A stretch of 64,000 bases of DNA, taken from positions 189,968,001 to 190,032,000 of the forward strand of contig OZ024742.1 in assembly GCA_964016885.1 (NCBI GenBank). Reading direction: 5' to 3'. Shown in pieces: positions 1 through 15,704 of this stretch (position 1 is its first letter; every line of letters begins with the position of its first letter). The notes below the pieces were generated by a model. That model was not told the DNA's origin. It made no database searches and saw only the letters and a list, made by a program, of their open reading frames with translations. Both the position numbers and the translations under genes were made by a program. This DNA comes from Eledone cirrhosa (lineage: Eukaryota).

Positions 1-33
1 ATATTATATATATATTATATATCTATATATATA

Positions 34-105
<72 letters not shown>

Positions 106-392
106 ATATATATATATATATTATATATATTATAGATATATATTATATATATTATATATATTATAGATATATATTATATATATTATATATATTATAGATA
201 TATATTATATATATATATATATTATAGATATATATTATATATATATATATATTATATATATATATATATTATATATATATATATATATTATATATATATA
301 TATTATATATATATATATATTATATATATATATTATATATATATATATAATATATATATTATATATAATATATATAATATATATGTATATAT
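1..392. repeat. (TA)n microsatellite, interrupted by TT/GA
   Basis: Direct reading of the sequence. Confidence 0.98.
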
Positions 393-394
393 AT

Positions 395-1210
395 TTTTTC
401 ATTCATATATATTTTTATTTGTCTGACCCAAATTCTCTTGGTCGCGGTTTTCGGCTGTGCGAGTGATTATTTAAGCATTGTCTCAGTGTGTTGGTATTTA
501 AACGTTAGTTATAGCTCTGGTTTATCCAAACTATTGGGCACTTTGCGACACATTTCGAAGATTGTGTTTCGTTATTTCGTTGGCCGATGTTCCGATTCTC
601 GATAATTTATATGTATTTATCTCCAGTCTTTAGCTATTGATCAGTTAATTTTATTGATTTTTTAGTTGATCCTATTGACTGATGAATAGCTCATGTTAAT
701 TTTAACCCGTCTGTTGAGAACTCTAATTCGATATGTGATATTTTGTATTTTTACAATAATATACACTACTGAATTCATTCGCCTAATATAGGGTTCCCTC
801 CCTTGCTACACCCCACGTGGATTTAGTAACGGGTTCCCTTGTATTATTGAACTAAACGCCTGTTGAAGAAGTGGTTTCCTCATTCATCATCTTACCAGAA
901 GCCATATATTTTTTATGTAAGCTGACGGTAACTGATTTAGGAGCCGCAGAAACTCACATGCTGGAATTTACCATCTTTCCAGGGGTCCGGGTAAATTTTT
1001 CATTCATATATATTTTTATTTGTCTGACCCGAATTCTCTTGGTCGCGTTTTTCGGCTGTGCGAATGATTGTTTAAGCAATGTCTCAGTGTGTTGGTATTT
1101 AAACGTTAGTTATAGCTCTGGTTTATCCAAACTATTGGGCACTTTGCCACACATTTCGAAGATTGTGTTTCATTATTTCGTGGGCCGAGGTTCCGATTCT
1201 CGATAATTTA
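395..1210. repeat. Non-coding insert in (TA)n: ~601-bp unit with ~215-bp terminal direct redundancy
   Basis: ttttcattcatatatatttttatttgtctgaccc...ttccgattctcgataatttat occurs at ~396-610 and again at ~997-1210 with a few substitutions. Flanked by (TA)n. Confidence 0.8.
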
Positions 1211-2774
<1,564 letters not shown>

Positions 2775-4642
2775 ATTTGGTGTGGTTGTCTTTTGGACTC
2801 CAGATATAAGCTGAAAGTGATGTCATATTCCTTCTTAGAGGGTAACGAAAAGAATGGGTATGCATGTAAAGACGCTGCTTGAAACTATAGGCCCTACGGG
2901 ACGTGGGTGTTACAACCTTACATTTGTAGACAATGTTACTAGAGAGGCATTTCCGGATAGGGAGCAATCAGCCCGATTCCTACAATTACAGTTAGTACTA
3001 ACTACAGGGTTGCACGTGTTCCTACGGCTATGTAGTTTAGCTAATTTGAAGCTGTGATGTTATGTGCAAGGTTAGGAGTCGTAGAGTAAGTAATTTTAAT
3101 AGTATTTCTATTAAAATTTTACTATATTTATGTGTAAGTGGAAAATGCTTCGTAATAATGGCCACCTCCATATTATATGGTGGGTTATACCAACAAATGC
3201 GACGGGATCTATTTCTTCTAGGTCTATTTTCGTACTCTGTATATGCTACCTTATCGACAAATCCACTTCGAGCAAGAGCTTCATCGTAATGGTCGTTGAA
3301 AATGCGCTCGTTGGTGGAAAGACAGAAAAGCCTCAACGAAACGTTTCTTACCAGGTTCTTGGTTATGCTGGCAGGATGGTTGGAATGCTTACTTATGTAA
3401 TTAAGCGTATCATTCGGCTTTCTATACGGGTAATACAACCCATTCAATAAATTGAGGGTAACGTCGAGGTAATTAACGACCGAGAGATTGGCCTCAACCT
3501 GTATAGAGTGGTTGAAGCCTTTAAAGAAGGCTGTGAGTTCTTTTCTGAACCTGTCTCAAGCACGAGTTCCGCACTTAGTCATGGTCAAAAGACCATCGTC
3601 ACGGTACAAAACCACCGCCCGCGTTGGGGAATTCGTCCTTGATAGAGAAAAGAAGGAAAAGGCCAATAAGTTCAGTAACCTCCGCAGAGTCACTGGCGCC
3701 CATACTCACGTCGAATGGGGTACTATTGGATTTTTTAATCCAAATAGAGTCGTCGAAATTAATCACCGACTTTCGGGCATTGGGGATGACATCAACTTCG
3801 AAATCCTTAACCACTGTGAGTGTTTTAGCGAAATTGATAGCTCTAAGGAGAAGTGGTAAAGTGATGGAGGAGTAGTAATTGTTGATGTCGAATTGGATAA
3901 AACGGCAATTTTCCTTGTTAAGTATGCCGTTGAACCAATCAATCACCGCGAAAGAATTGTTCCACAGTGCAAGAGGTGCCAAACTTCTAATTTCAGGTAT
4001 AATTCTATCAAGAATCGTTTTACTAAGTCTACCTAAATCGGACTTCGTAGGGTTAATAAGCCGAATAGAGGGGTTGTTCGGAAAATTGGATTTGTGATCC
4101 TTCAGGGTAAAGTGGAGAGAAATAGGGTCCAGAGGTTCGGTCCGGTCCAGGATGTTGAGATCAGATGTGATTTTAAACCCAGCATCGTTGATTTCATTGA
4201 TGACGCACCGATTAGTTTTACGGTAATCCTTAGTTACAGCATTATGTAGTAGTTGATGGTAAGTACTGCGCTCCACTTGATATAGGTTGCCAGTTTTGTC
4301 GGAATGGACGTGCACGGCGTTAGAATCTTTAATAGAACGAATTCTATTCTTCAGGTCTTGCTGGAAGGAATTGCTCCTATTCCGAAATTTGATACTCCGA
4401 ATGAGTTCCAAGACATCATTTTCGAAGGGTAGCAATGCTGGGTTCCACGGGGGGTTATTATAGGTTTTAAATCCAAATTTATCCTGTTTGTTGTCTGCTT
4501 TTCGCGGATTATCGAAATAAAAGGCACGCCAACGCAACCTTTTAATGAACGCGTCTGTTTTCTGTATCAGGAGTTTTAGGTATGTTTTCCTGCTTGGTAC
4601 GGGTATGTTCTTTGTAGAAATATTCAGATGTTGTTTCTGCAT
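2775..4642 (-). pseudogene. PLE reverse transcriptase + GIY-YIG endonuclease, frameshifted
   Basis: ORFs 3599-4642, 3037-3447 and 2773-2967 are consecutive pieces. The YIG motif is deleted and the C-terminus runs into (TA)n. Confidence 0.88.
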
Positions 4643-5335
4643 GATGAATATAAGTCAGTAGAGTGCTCAACCGAGGGAGCCAAATAGTAATAATAATAAA
4701 TTTGAAGACTAAAATCCAAAGAGGGCTCGATAAGGATAAATATATATCAAATATATAAGAACCGTAGAGCAAATATTTATTAAAATAACAGATTAAAGTT
4801 TAAGCAAAGAATCGCTGCTTTCACCCTTAACGGGATCTTCTGAAACTAGCAAAGTCAATCTGTAAACGCAGAACTGGATATTTCAAAAAACGTTGCAACC
4901 GGAGGAAGACAGGAAGACGATACTTTGGTTCGTGGTAACGTTCGCTGGCAAAGAACGGGAAAAAACGAATAATTAATAGGAGCGGTGAAAAACAATTACG
5001 CGCAAAGACAGAACCACGTTTATGGTATAAAAGAGGTCGTAGAATAATGTTCTCTTAGGTGGTGCATAGAGACGTTCTCTGGCAATGAACGAAAAAACGA
5101 AGATAATACGTCATATGTGGAGCGTGGAGAACAATAGCACGCAAAGACAAAACCACGTAAATGGTATAGCAGAAGTCGTAGACTAAAATTCTAACTAGGA
5201 GACCAAATGAATCTCCGCTACAGAGTTAAGAACAAAGTAAATAAATACAATACAGAAGTAATATAAATAAATAAATACATACACTTGCGTATGCTTGTGT
5301 TTGTACGTATTTGTTTGCGTGTATGTATTTATTTA
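2775..5335 (-). mobile_element. Penelope-like element 1 (Naiad-type), degraded and 3'-truncated
   Basis: RT ORF with KNIPVPS..FIKRLRWRAF, FIQFDI and FDVSMGASDSA; downstream frames give WYNPPYN and a partial GIY-YIG (IVYKC..FKQRL..H.HSF..TSLSAYIW). The 5' non-coding region is repeated at 5810-6178. Confidence 0.9.
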
Positions 5336-5400
5336 TTTTATATATATTATATATATATATATATTATATATATATATATATATTATATATATATATATAT

Positions 5401-5476
<76 letters not shown>

Positions 5477-5513
5477 ATTATATAATATATATATATTATA
5501 TATATATATATAT

Positions 5514-5544
<31 letters not shown>

Positions 5545-5616
5545 ATATATATATATATATTATATATATATATTATATATATATATATACATACATATAT
5601 ATACACATATATATAT

Positions 5617-5670
<54 letters not shown>

Positions 5671-5715
5671 CATATATATATATATATTATATATATACAT
5701 ATTATATATATATAT

Positions 5716-5809
<94 letters not shown>

Positions 5810-5812
<3 letters not shown>

Positions 5813-6178
5813 GTAATAATAATAAAATTGATGACTAAAATCCATAAGGAAAATATATATCAAATATATAAGAACCGTAGAGCAAATATTTATTAAAATA
5901 ACAGATTAAAGTTTAAGCAAAGAATCGCTGCTTTCACCCTTAACGGGATCTTCTGAAACTAACGAAGTCAATCTGTAAACGCAGAACTGGATATTTCAAA
6001 AAACGTTGCAACCGGAGGAAGACAGGAAGACGATACTTTGGTTCGTGGTAACGTTCGCTGGCAAAGAACGGGAAAAAACGAATAATACGTCATTAATAGG
6101 AGCGGTGAAAAACAATTACGCGCAAAGACAGAACCACGTTTATGGTATAAAAGAGGTCGTAGACTAATGTTCTCTTAA
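5810..6178 (-). repeat. Second copy of the element-1 5' repeat (pLTR-like)
   Basis: Near-identical to ~4688-5057 (caaatatataagaaccgtagagc...aagaggtcgtaga..atgttctctta) and separated from it by a (TA)n tract at 5335-5810. Confidence 0.85.
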
Positions 6179-6265
6179 TATATATATATAATATATATAT
6201 AATATATATTATATATATAATATATATAATATATATATATATATATACATATTATATATATATAC

Positions 6266-6312
<47 letters not shown>

Positions 6313-6330
6313 CATATTATATATATATAT

Positions 6331-7934
6331 CCTTCGTCATCTCCACCGTGAGCTTCAATGATCTGAGGTTTGTTCTCACCACCTCCGCCCATGTTTTTCG
6401 TGGTCTACCTCTACCACGTCTTCCTTCAACTGGCATTTCCTGGCACTTCTTCACCCATCGGTCATCCTCCATGCGCATCACATGTCCATACCACTTCAGT
6501 CTCCTTTCCCGTACACTACATTCTATCCCCCTCAGACACAGTTTCTCTCTCAACACATTTATGCTGGGTCGTTCACGTACATTTAGACTGCACATCCAAC
6601 AGAGCATGCTTGCCTCATTTCTCTCCAGCCGTCGCATATCTTCTGCAGTTGCTGCCCATGTCTCACTACCATGCAGCATCGCGCTCCTCACACAGGCATC
6701 AAACAACCGGCCTTTCGTACGCAGGGAGAAACCCTTCTTCGTCAACAGAGGAAGCAGCTCCCTAAACTTCTTCCAACCCGTTCTTATTCTAGATATTATG
6801 GCCTCGGAACACCCTCCTCCCATGCTAATCTGATCTCCTAGGTACCGGAAGCTATCCACCACTTCTATAGCGCCCTCCTGCATTTGAAAAATGTGTCTAT
6901 CAATGCGACTTCTACTGTCTAATTTCCCTGTACATCTACTGCATACATATTTCTCCCTACCTGTTAGTTTGCCTGCTATCCCGCGTTCATCTCTTGTGTA
7001 CCCAGGATCTGCATTCTGTGCATTTTATAGAATTTATGCCAGTTCCTTTTCTGCATATTGAACATGGCCATTTCCCTGACGGAATCATGGTTTTGTCCTC
7101 TTTTCTACTCATCAATACTTTTGTCTTAGCTAGGTTCACTCTCAGTCCTCTTGCTTCCAACTGCTGTTTCCATAGCCAGAATTTATTCTCTAGCTCCTCT
7201 ACTGATTCTGCTATAAGAACCAGATCGTCAGCATAGAGAAGTTCCCATGGACAGCCAGTCTTAAACTCCTCTGTTATGGCTTGGAGGACTATAATGAACA
7301 AGAGCTGGCTGAGGACCGAACCCTGATGTACTCCTACTTGTATCTGGAATTCCTCACTAAACTCCATTCCCACCCTGACTTTACTGAGAGTACCTCTGTA
7401 CAAAGTTTACACTGTCCTCACAAGCCATTCCTCAACACCTAGCTTCCTTAGGGACCACTAGATAACAGATCGGGGTACCCTATCAAAGGCCTTCTCTAGG
7501 TCAACAAAGGCTAAGTATAGTGGCTTATTCTTCTCTAAGAACCTCTGTTCCAATTGTCTCACCAAGAAGAGGGCATCTGTTGTACTCTTCCCAGGCACAA
7601 AACCAAACTGCATCTCATCTAGTTTGACCCTTTCTCTAATTAGTTGTGCTAATATCCTTTCTGCCACTTTCATAACCTGATCTATCAGTTTTATACCCCT
7701 ATAATTGCTCCTCTCCAGAGCATCCCCTTTACCTTTGTAACAATGTATGAGAATACTGCTGCACAAGTCTTTGAGTATGACACCACCATATATAGCCTGA
7801 TTGATGATGCGTGCAACCAGTTTAGTGCCTACGTCCCCTGATACCTTCAGCATCTCAGCAACTATTCCCGATGGTCCGGCAGCCTTATCATTTTTCATTC
7901 CTCTAATCGCCTCTTGGACCCTATATTCGCCGAG
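6331..7934 (-). mobile_element. RTE-clade non-LTR retrotransposon fragment (RT with Cys-rich insert), truncated at both ends and disrupted
   Basis: KAAGPSG, NYRGIKL, QFGFVPGKST, FVDLEKAFDRVPR, GVHQGSVLS, LLYADD, CSIC..C..C..WVHK, FRYLG, HGSETW and GRGRPRKTW occur across ORFs 7458-7898, 6987-7403 and 6317-6883. Confidence 0.92.
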
Positions 7935-8540
<606 letters not shown>

Positions 8541-8589
8541 TTAAGAGAGTAAAACAAAGAAGCCTTTAATACATCAAAAGTTTTTATTA

Positions 8590-8627
8590 GCCGACAATGT
8601 TTCGTCCTATTAAGGACTCATCAGGGC
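8590..8627 (-). ncRNA. Minimal type I hammerhead ribozyme (inverted pLTR copy)
   Basis: Reverse complement of the HHR at 13227-13264. Confidence 0.85.
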
Positions 8628-8739
8628 AATTAAAACAACAAGAAGTAATATCGGCTGATACAAGTCACTGCTCCCGACCGGTCGAGCTTACTCACATATA
8701 TACTGGTATTTTGGCCTTTATATATATTTATCTGACAGT

Positions 8740-11426
8740 ATGCTAACAAAGAGTTACCTGCCTTTATCTTTGAAGAATATTCCCACCCCCTCTAAGAATA
8801 CTTACGAAAAACTATTGATAGCTAGTGTTAACTCCTTTGTAAAAAGGATTAGATGGCGTGCTTTCCACTACGATAATAATAAGAATAGGAAGGACCCCAG
8901 CAATAGAATAAATTTTAATAACTACGGCTTCAAAACTTATAAGAGCCCACCACACAATATTCTATTAGATAGTATTGAAAGTGACTTACTCTCTCTGGTC
9001 AAAAATATTAGGTATAGGCCAAATAATAGACATAGAAATTATAATAACTTTGATAAGTTCCAGTCCAGACTTAAAAATATTGTTAAGGGTTTCGGTGAGA
9101 ATAAGTCCATTCTTGTCCCGGCAGATAAGACTAAGAATCTATACTCCATGGACTATAGTGCTTACCGCGACTTTATTTATAAGGAGTTATATAGAAACTA
9201 TAAAAAAACTACACTTGAGAATTTGAACCACATCAATAGTGAGGGCCTTAGAATAGTCTCTGACCTCGGCCTCGATAAGTATACCCAGCCATATTACCCT
9301 CGAGAACCGAGACTCACACTTAAGGATCATAAGGTTGATTTTATTAGTAACCCCTCTGTTAGACTCATCTGTCCTTCTAAGTCTGATATAGACATTATCA
9401 GTAAAAAAATCCTTGACCTTATTATACCAGATGTTAGGGATAAGGTGAATTTTAACCTATGGGGGAACACTAGGGAAGTTATAGATTGGTTCTCTGGGAT
9501 TAATAGACTTGAATCTAATAAGTTTATCCAATTCGATATTGATGCCTACTACACATCAATTTCACCCATCCTCCTCAATAAAGCTTTAATGTTGGCCATG
9601 AGAGTGTCCAGCCTTACACGATCACAGGTAGATATTATACTAGCAGCCCGTAAAACTATTATTAAATTTGAGGACACATTTTGGACCCGCAAAAACACGC
9701 CCAATAATTTCGACGTTACAATGGGTTCGAGTGATTCGGCCCAGGTTACTGATCTTGTTGGGTTGTTCCTCCTTAATGAACTATACGCTACCTTCCCGCA
9801 CCTTATAGGCGGACTATATCGTGATGATGCATTGTTTGTAATTAACTCTAGCACCAACAATGTAGAACATAATAAGAAGAAGCTTTATAAGTTTTTTAAA
9901 AGCTACAACCTTTCGATCACGATAGATAGAAATGATAGAGCGGTTAACTTTTTAGATGTGACTTTGGACTTGGTCACTAATAGTTTTAAACCCTTCCATA
10001 AGCCTAATGAAATTCTTTCTTATGTTAGCCCCAATTCTAACCACCCTAAGTCTATGATAAGCTCTATAATTAAGGGTGTATCTAATAGGATTTCCACACT
10101 CTCTAAGGACATAGGAACATTTAATGAACATGCGGAGTACTACAATAATGCCCTAGCAAATTCAGGTTACTCTAGTAAAATACATTATAATAATAGTAAC
10201 CTTAGAAAGTCTCCGCTTACTTTTAACAATAATAACATAATATCACATAACATGGCCATGAATGGGAGTAGCAAATATAGTAACCGTAAAAATGATATAG
10301 GTGTATCCGAACCCATCCATAAGTTAACCCACCGGACTCGTAATAGCAAATATAATACCTCTAGGAAACAAGTTGAACCCCCTGTGCGCTCACACATTGG
10401 TGATGGTTTTGCTGGATCTTATTCTAATAATGTTGCTCCTACTAATCCTATCATTGGCCCTAATCCTTTTGAAGGGATTCCGGACAGCAACAGATCTACT
10501 GGAGGTAGAAACTATAATAGACATAACGAAATTATGGCTGATTTTATGAATGTGGCTTTAACTAATCCTTGTAGTAACCCTAGTCTCGATGGTGGGACAT
10601 TTGATAAAGGTAGGGTCGGTAAGAATAAAAATAGAAGGCGATTAAATACTTATTTTAACCCGCCATATAATCAGGATGTATCAACTAATATCCCTAGGTC
10701 TTTCTTCACTATCTTAGAGAAAAATTTCCCCCTTCTCATAAATACCATAGTATTTTTAATAAAAATGTTATTAAACTCTCATTCTCTACCACCCCTAATA
10801 TTAGTTCTCATTTAGCTAGCACTAATAATAGGAAAATTAGGCATGGATTCTCCTCTCTACATACTACTAGTCTGAACAGATCTGACAATGCTTTACCACC
10901 AGAACAGTCCTTATCTAATAGCAATCCTACGTGTAATACATCACCACTCGTGCCAACCAATAACACCCGGAAGTGCAATTGTAGAGTGAGTGTTAACTGC
11001 CCTTTAAACGGTAACTGCCTTTCTAAGAACATTGTCTACGCTTGCGAAGTTATAACTAATTCCTCTAATAGAACTTATATAGGATCTACATCAAACACTT
11101 TTAAGACTAGGTTTAACTCTCATATCTCTAACTTCAAACATGTTAAGTTTAAGAATTCTACTTCTTTAGCACATTATATATGGGATCTTAAGGGAGCTTA
11201 TATACCATATAGCCTTAACTGGCGTTTAGTAGCACGCTCTAACCACCTTTCTACACATACTAAGTTTTGTAATCTCTGTATCCTTGAGACACACTCTATA
11301 ATTTTCTCTAGCGTATCCTTACTTAATAGAAAGTCTGAGATATTCTCTTCTTGCCCCCACGCTATTTCTAATTCTTACTTTTATTATAAACCCAAACCTT
11401 CTAGTAGTACAAATTGTACCCATTAG
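8740..11426 (+). CDS. PLE RT + GIY-YIG endonuclease (~895 aa) with one -1 frameshift at ~10728-10732
   Basis: KNIPTPS, RIRWRAF, FIQFDI, FDVTMGSSDSA, GLYRDD, VNFLDV and YFNPPYN. Adding one C to the C5 run gives NFPPSHKYHSIFNKNVIKLSFSTTPN..., which stays open into CNCRVSVNCPLNGNCL, IVY..TYIG, FKTRF and CNLCILE. Confidence 0.9.
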
Positions 11427-13226
11427 CAGATATATTCCATTACTTATTTTTTAGTTTAGGTTCTTTTGTTTGCCAACATTATTATTATCATCATTATTAT
11501 CATTGGTTTTTGATGACTCTTTATTCTAGCTCTCATAATCATTTGGCTACTGTACCATATCTGTCTTCTTACGCATTAAATTTTCACTATTACACCTTGT
11601 GAATATATATAAGATTACATACTTTACGCTATTTACTTTATTTTATTATTATCTTCATTTTTATTTTTATTTTTATTTTTTATTTTATTTTTAATTTTAT
11701 TTTTAATTTTATTTTTATTCAGATTCATCTTTGGATACCCACCTCCCCCCCCCCCATGCGCACATAAACTTATTGTCAACCCCTCCATATTGACTATGAT
11801 TATATTTAAACCCCCCCCCCCTCTTTTACGCTCCGTTCTATTATTTATTATAGTATATCGACTATATTTTATGCCCCTTTGCATCCTCCATATATTTCTT
11901 CAATTCTGTCCCCATTAGCCTACCTTAATTCTACTTAAGTCAGTTTTTTAGATATCGTTATGTATATGATAGTAAAAAATTTCATTCCTTTTTGTAAACA
12001 TTTGTAACGAAATATTAACGTTTATAAACTTTAATGACTTAAACTATAGCTAATATTATACTACCTTATTGGATAGTTTAAATATTTTTAATATTAATTT
12101 ATCAAATAGGGTTTTCAAGTCATTTACAGGGATTGTTTTCCTTAGTTTTTACTTAACTACTTAACTGCATGTGAGACCTAAATGTATATGTTTGTTTTTG
12201 TTTTGTAATTTACGGTTGATTATATTTATTTATTTATTTTATTCTATATTTTATATTCTATATTTTATTTGAAATACTACTGGGCATTATATTTACTATT
12301 TACTATTCACTGTCTGGCACTTACTTACACATCTACATATGTCTGTCTACTAACCTTGTAATTATAAGTAATTATATATTATATTATGTCAATTTATTTT
12401 ATATAATATATTATATTATATTGTATTGTAATATTGATCCTTGTTACTTACTGTTCATTATATGTAACATTATGATATTTAAACTTTATATATCATGTAA
12501 GATGTTTGTATTTTTCTGTACCATCACAATGTTTTTTGAGTATTGTATAATTTATTTTTCCTCATTTACTCTGTAACCCAGTATGAATCGATTTGTTAAT
12601 ATATTATTATTATATTATTATTGTGACATCTATATTGTTTGTGTAAATTAACCGGGGATCATCTATTATATTGAATTATATAATTGTATTGTTTATTATT
12701 TATTATATGTGTTTCTTGTAATTATATCATATTATTACCTCATGTATATTGGGTAGATGTATTGGTATTATTATTATTATTATTATTTTCACTCTTATCA
12801 TGCTTATTTTTATATTCAAACTCCTAATAAGGTTTAATTTGTGTAGTTGAAGATAGATGTGCGTATTGTTGTATGTGTGTGTGTGTGTGCGTGTGCGCAC
12901 ATATATACATGTGCATATTGTACCTTTTGATTTTTATTGTAATTTTAATGTTGGTAAAGGTATATTATTATAATGTATTATGTTATATTACATTGTGTTA
13001 TATATAATTCCTGCTCTATATAACCACCTTCGTTTAGCTCTAGGTTATTTGCTTTGGACTATATTTGTAATATGGTTCTTAATGTTATATACATCCTTAG
13101 TTATTCTTATTATATATTTTTATTATTTTTATTATATATTTTTGCAAGACTTTAGTGTATGTACACTCCATATTCTTCGGAGCTTCCGGCTTGTATCTGC
13201 CGATATTACTTCTTGTTGTTTTAATT

Positions 13227-13264
13227 GCCCTGATGAGTCCTTAATAGGACGAAACATTGTCGGC
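13227..13264 (+). ncRNA. Minimal type I hammerhead ribozyme in the 3' pLTR
   Basis: gcc CTGATGA gtcc-ttaata-ggac GAAA cattGTC ggc: canonical core, stems I and II, near-palindromic stem III. Predicted cleavage after 13261. Confidence 0.92.
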
Positions 13265-13458
13265 TAATAAAACTTTTGATGTATTAAAGGCTTCTTTGTT
13301 TTACTGTCTTAATTTTTCGGCTCTGTTTAACTGCATTGAGCTATACCTTTTACTGTCATTTCTATAATACGAAGAGGGTGTTTAACTCCAACACGCTCCA
13401 GTATTTTAATCCTTATATAAATATATATATATATATATATATAAATATATAAATATAA

Positions 13459-13499
<41 letters not shown>

Positions 13500-13603
13500 T
13501 ATATAAATATATATATATATATATAAATATATATATAAATATATATATATATAAATATATATATAAATATATATATAAATATATATATATATATATGAAT
13601 ATA

Positions 13604-13837
13604 TCGTTTCTGAATTTGTTTAGCAAGATTCTTTATCTGAAATCGTGTGTTGAAACCGATATTGTTATACTTTGGGAGGGTCATGTTGCCAATAAAAAAC
13701 ACACGCACCAGTTGCTTTCACTTCAATTTATTATAATAAATTTATAATAAATTTATAAATTTATTATAATAAATTGAAGTGAAAGCAACTGGTGCGTGTG
13801 TTTCTTATTGGCAACATGACCCTCCCAAAGTATAACA

Positions 13838-13838
<1 letters not shown>
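13604..13838 (-). mobile_element. Short foldback family F, copy 1
   Basis: Inverted arms (ttgttatactttgggagggtcatgttgcc...) plus an unpaired ~57-nt tail, within (TA)n. Confidence 0.75.
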
Positions 13839-13876
<38 letters not shown>

Positions 13877-13915
13877 TATATATATAAATATATATATAAA
13901 TATATATATATATAA

Positions 13916-13952
<37 letters not shown>

Positions 13953-14039
13953 AATATATATATATATTTATAAATATATATATATATATATATATTTATA
14001 AATATATATATATATATATATATTTATAAATATATATAT

Positions 14040-14074
<35 letters not shown>

Positions 14075-14161
14075 AATATATATATATATTTATAAATATA
14101 TATATATATTTATAAATATATATATATATATATATATAAATATATTTATAAATATATATAT

Positions 14162-14196
<35 letters not shown>

Positions 14197-14365
14197 AATA
14201 TATATATATATTTATAAATATATATATATATTTATAAATATATATATATATATATATATAAATATATTTATAAATATATATATATATATTTATAAATATA
14301 TATATATATATTTATAAATATATATATATATATTTATAAATATATATATATATATTTATAAATAT

Positions 14366-14400
<35 letters not shown>

Positions 14401-14401
14401 A

Positions 14402-14432
<31 letters not shown>

Positions 14433-14534
14433 AATATATATATATATAAATATATATATATAAATATATATATATAAATATATATATATATAAATATATA
14501 TATATAAATATATATATATAAATATATATATATA

Positions 14535-14620
<86 letters not shown>

Positions 14621-14659
14621 TATATATAAATATATATATAAATATATATATATATATAA

Positions 14660-14770
<111 letters not shown>

Positions 14771-14826
14771 AATATATATATATAAATATATATATATAAA
14801 TATATATAAATATATATATATATATA

Positions 14827-15033
14827 TTGTTATACTTTGGGAGGGTCATGTTGCCAATAAGAAACACGCACCAGTTGCTTTCACTTCAATTTATAAATTT
14901 ATTATAATAAATTGAAGTGAAAACCATTGGTGCGTGTGTTTCTTATTGGCAACATTACCCTCCCAAAGTATAACAATATCGGTTTCAACACACGTTTTCA
15001 GATAAAGAATCTTGCTAACAAATTCAGAAACGA
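14827..15033 (+). mobile_element. Short foldback family F, copy 2
   Basis: Same sequence and termini as copy 1, opposite orientation. Confidence 0.75.
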
Positions 15034-15059
15034 AATGTATATATATAAATATATATATA

Positions 15060-15623
15060 TGAGAGACGTAAAATAAGAAAATTATAAAATTAACTTACTT
15101 ACTAAAATATCACTTCCAACTAATTAGTTTCTGAAATGGAATAAATATACTTTCCGAAGAAAGCATAGAGAATCATTTCGTCGTCAGGGAAGACTATTCT
15201 CAGCTAAGTATCCAGGCAAGGGGTGGACTCTGGAAACTTATTCAAAAATAATTCAGTGGATAGAAAATAGCAAAGCGTGGACTGAATTCCTAGCCATTGA
15301 GAAAATCACTGCCTCTGCGTCGGTGGCAAATTCAAAAAGAATCAATCACGTGACATCGAGGTCAATCAGTGGAAAGTGGTTTGCTAATAAGACAGCGGCC
15401 TGCCTGCTACCATAGCAGCAGTCTAGGCCAATATTGCTCGACAAATAATTTGGAGATAATTATAAAGAATTAATATCTAGTAACATATATATACATACAG
15501 ATGCATATCAATGTTAGCAAATATATAGGTTTTGTCTTAGTAACTTTGTGGTTCAATGCATGGGGTTGCAGAACAATAATATGAGAGACGTAAAATAAGA
15601 AAATTATAAAATTAACTTACTTA
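15060..15623. repeat. Non-coding insert in (TA)n: ~521-bp unit with ~42-bp terminal direct repeat
   Basis: tgagagacgtaaaataagaaaattataaaattaacttactta at ~15060-15101 and ~15581-15623. Confidence 0.75.
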
Positions 15624-15704
15624 ATATATATATATATATATAAATATACGTGGGAAAGTAAAAAAATCGGAGAATAGACCGTTAAAACATGTTTATTTAA
15701 AATA

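Larger units (their letters stand above)
8541..13413 (+). mobile_element. Penelope-like element 2 (Naiad-type), apparently full length, with a 5' inverted partial pLTR
   Basis: 8541-8664 is the reverse complement of ~13190-13312. RT-GIY-YIG ORF, ~1.8-kb AT-rich 3' UTR, HHR near the 3' end, ~100-nt unpaired tail, TA on both sides. Confidence 0.93.

Noticed and set aside
705-745. ctgttga-gaa-ctctaa-ttc-gata hammerhead-like string
   Set aside because: Two core substitutions and no stem I.
4808-4846. HHR-like string in the PLE 1 repeat (minus: cagaaga-tccc-gttaa-gggt-gaaa-gcagcga; also at ~5922-5960)
   Set aside because: U4A change, no U16.1 and no convincing stem I. At best a decayed or atypical motif, so not called.
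6987-6989. TGA at a Cys position (WVHKR*) of the RTE as possible Sec
   Set aside because: It coincides with frameshifts in a degraded copy, so ordinary decay explains it.
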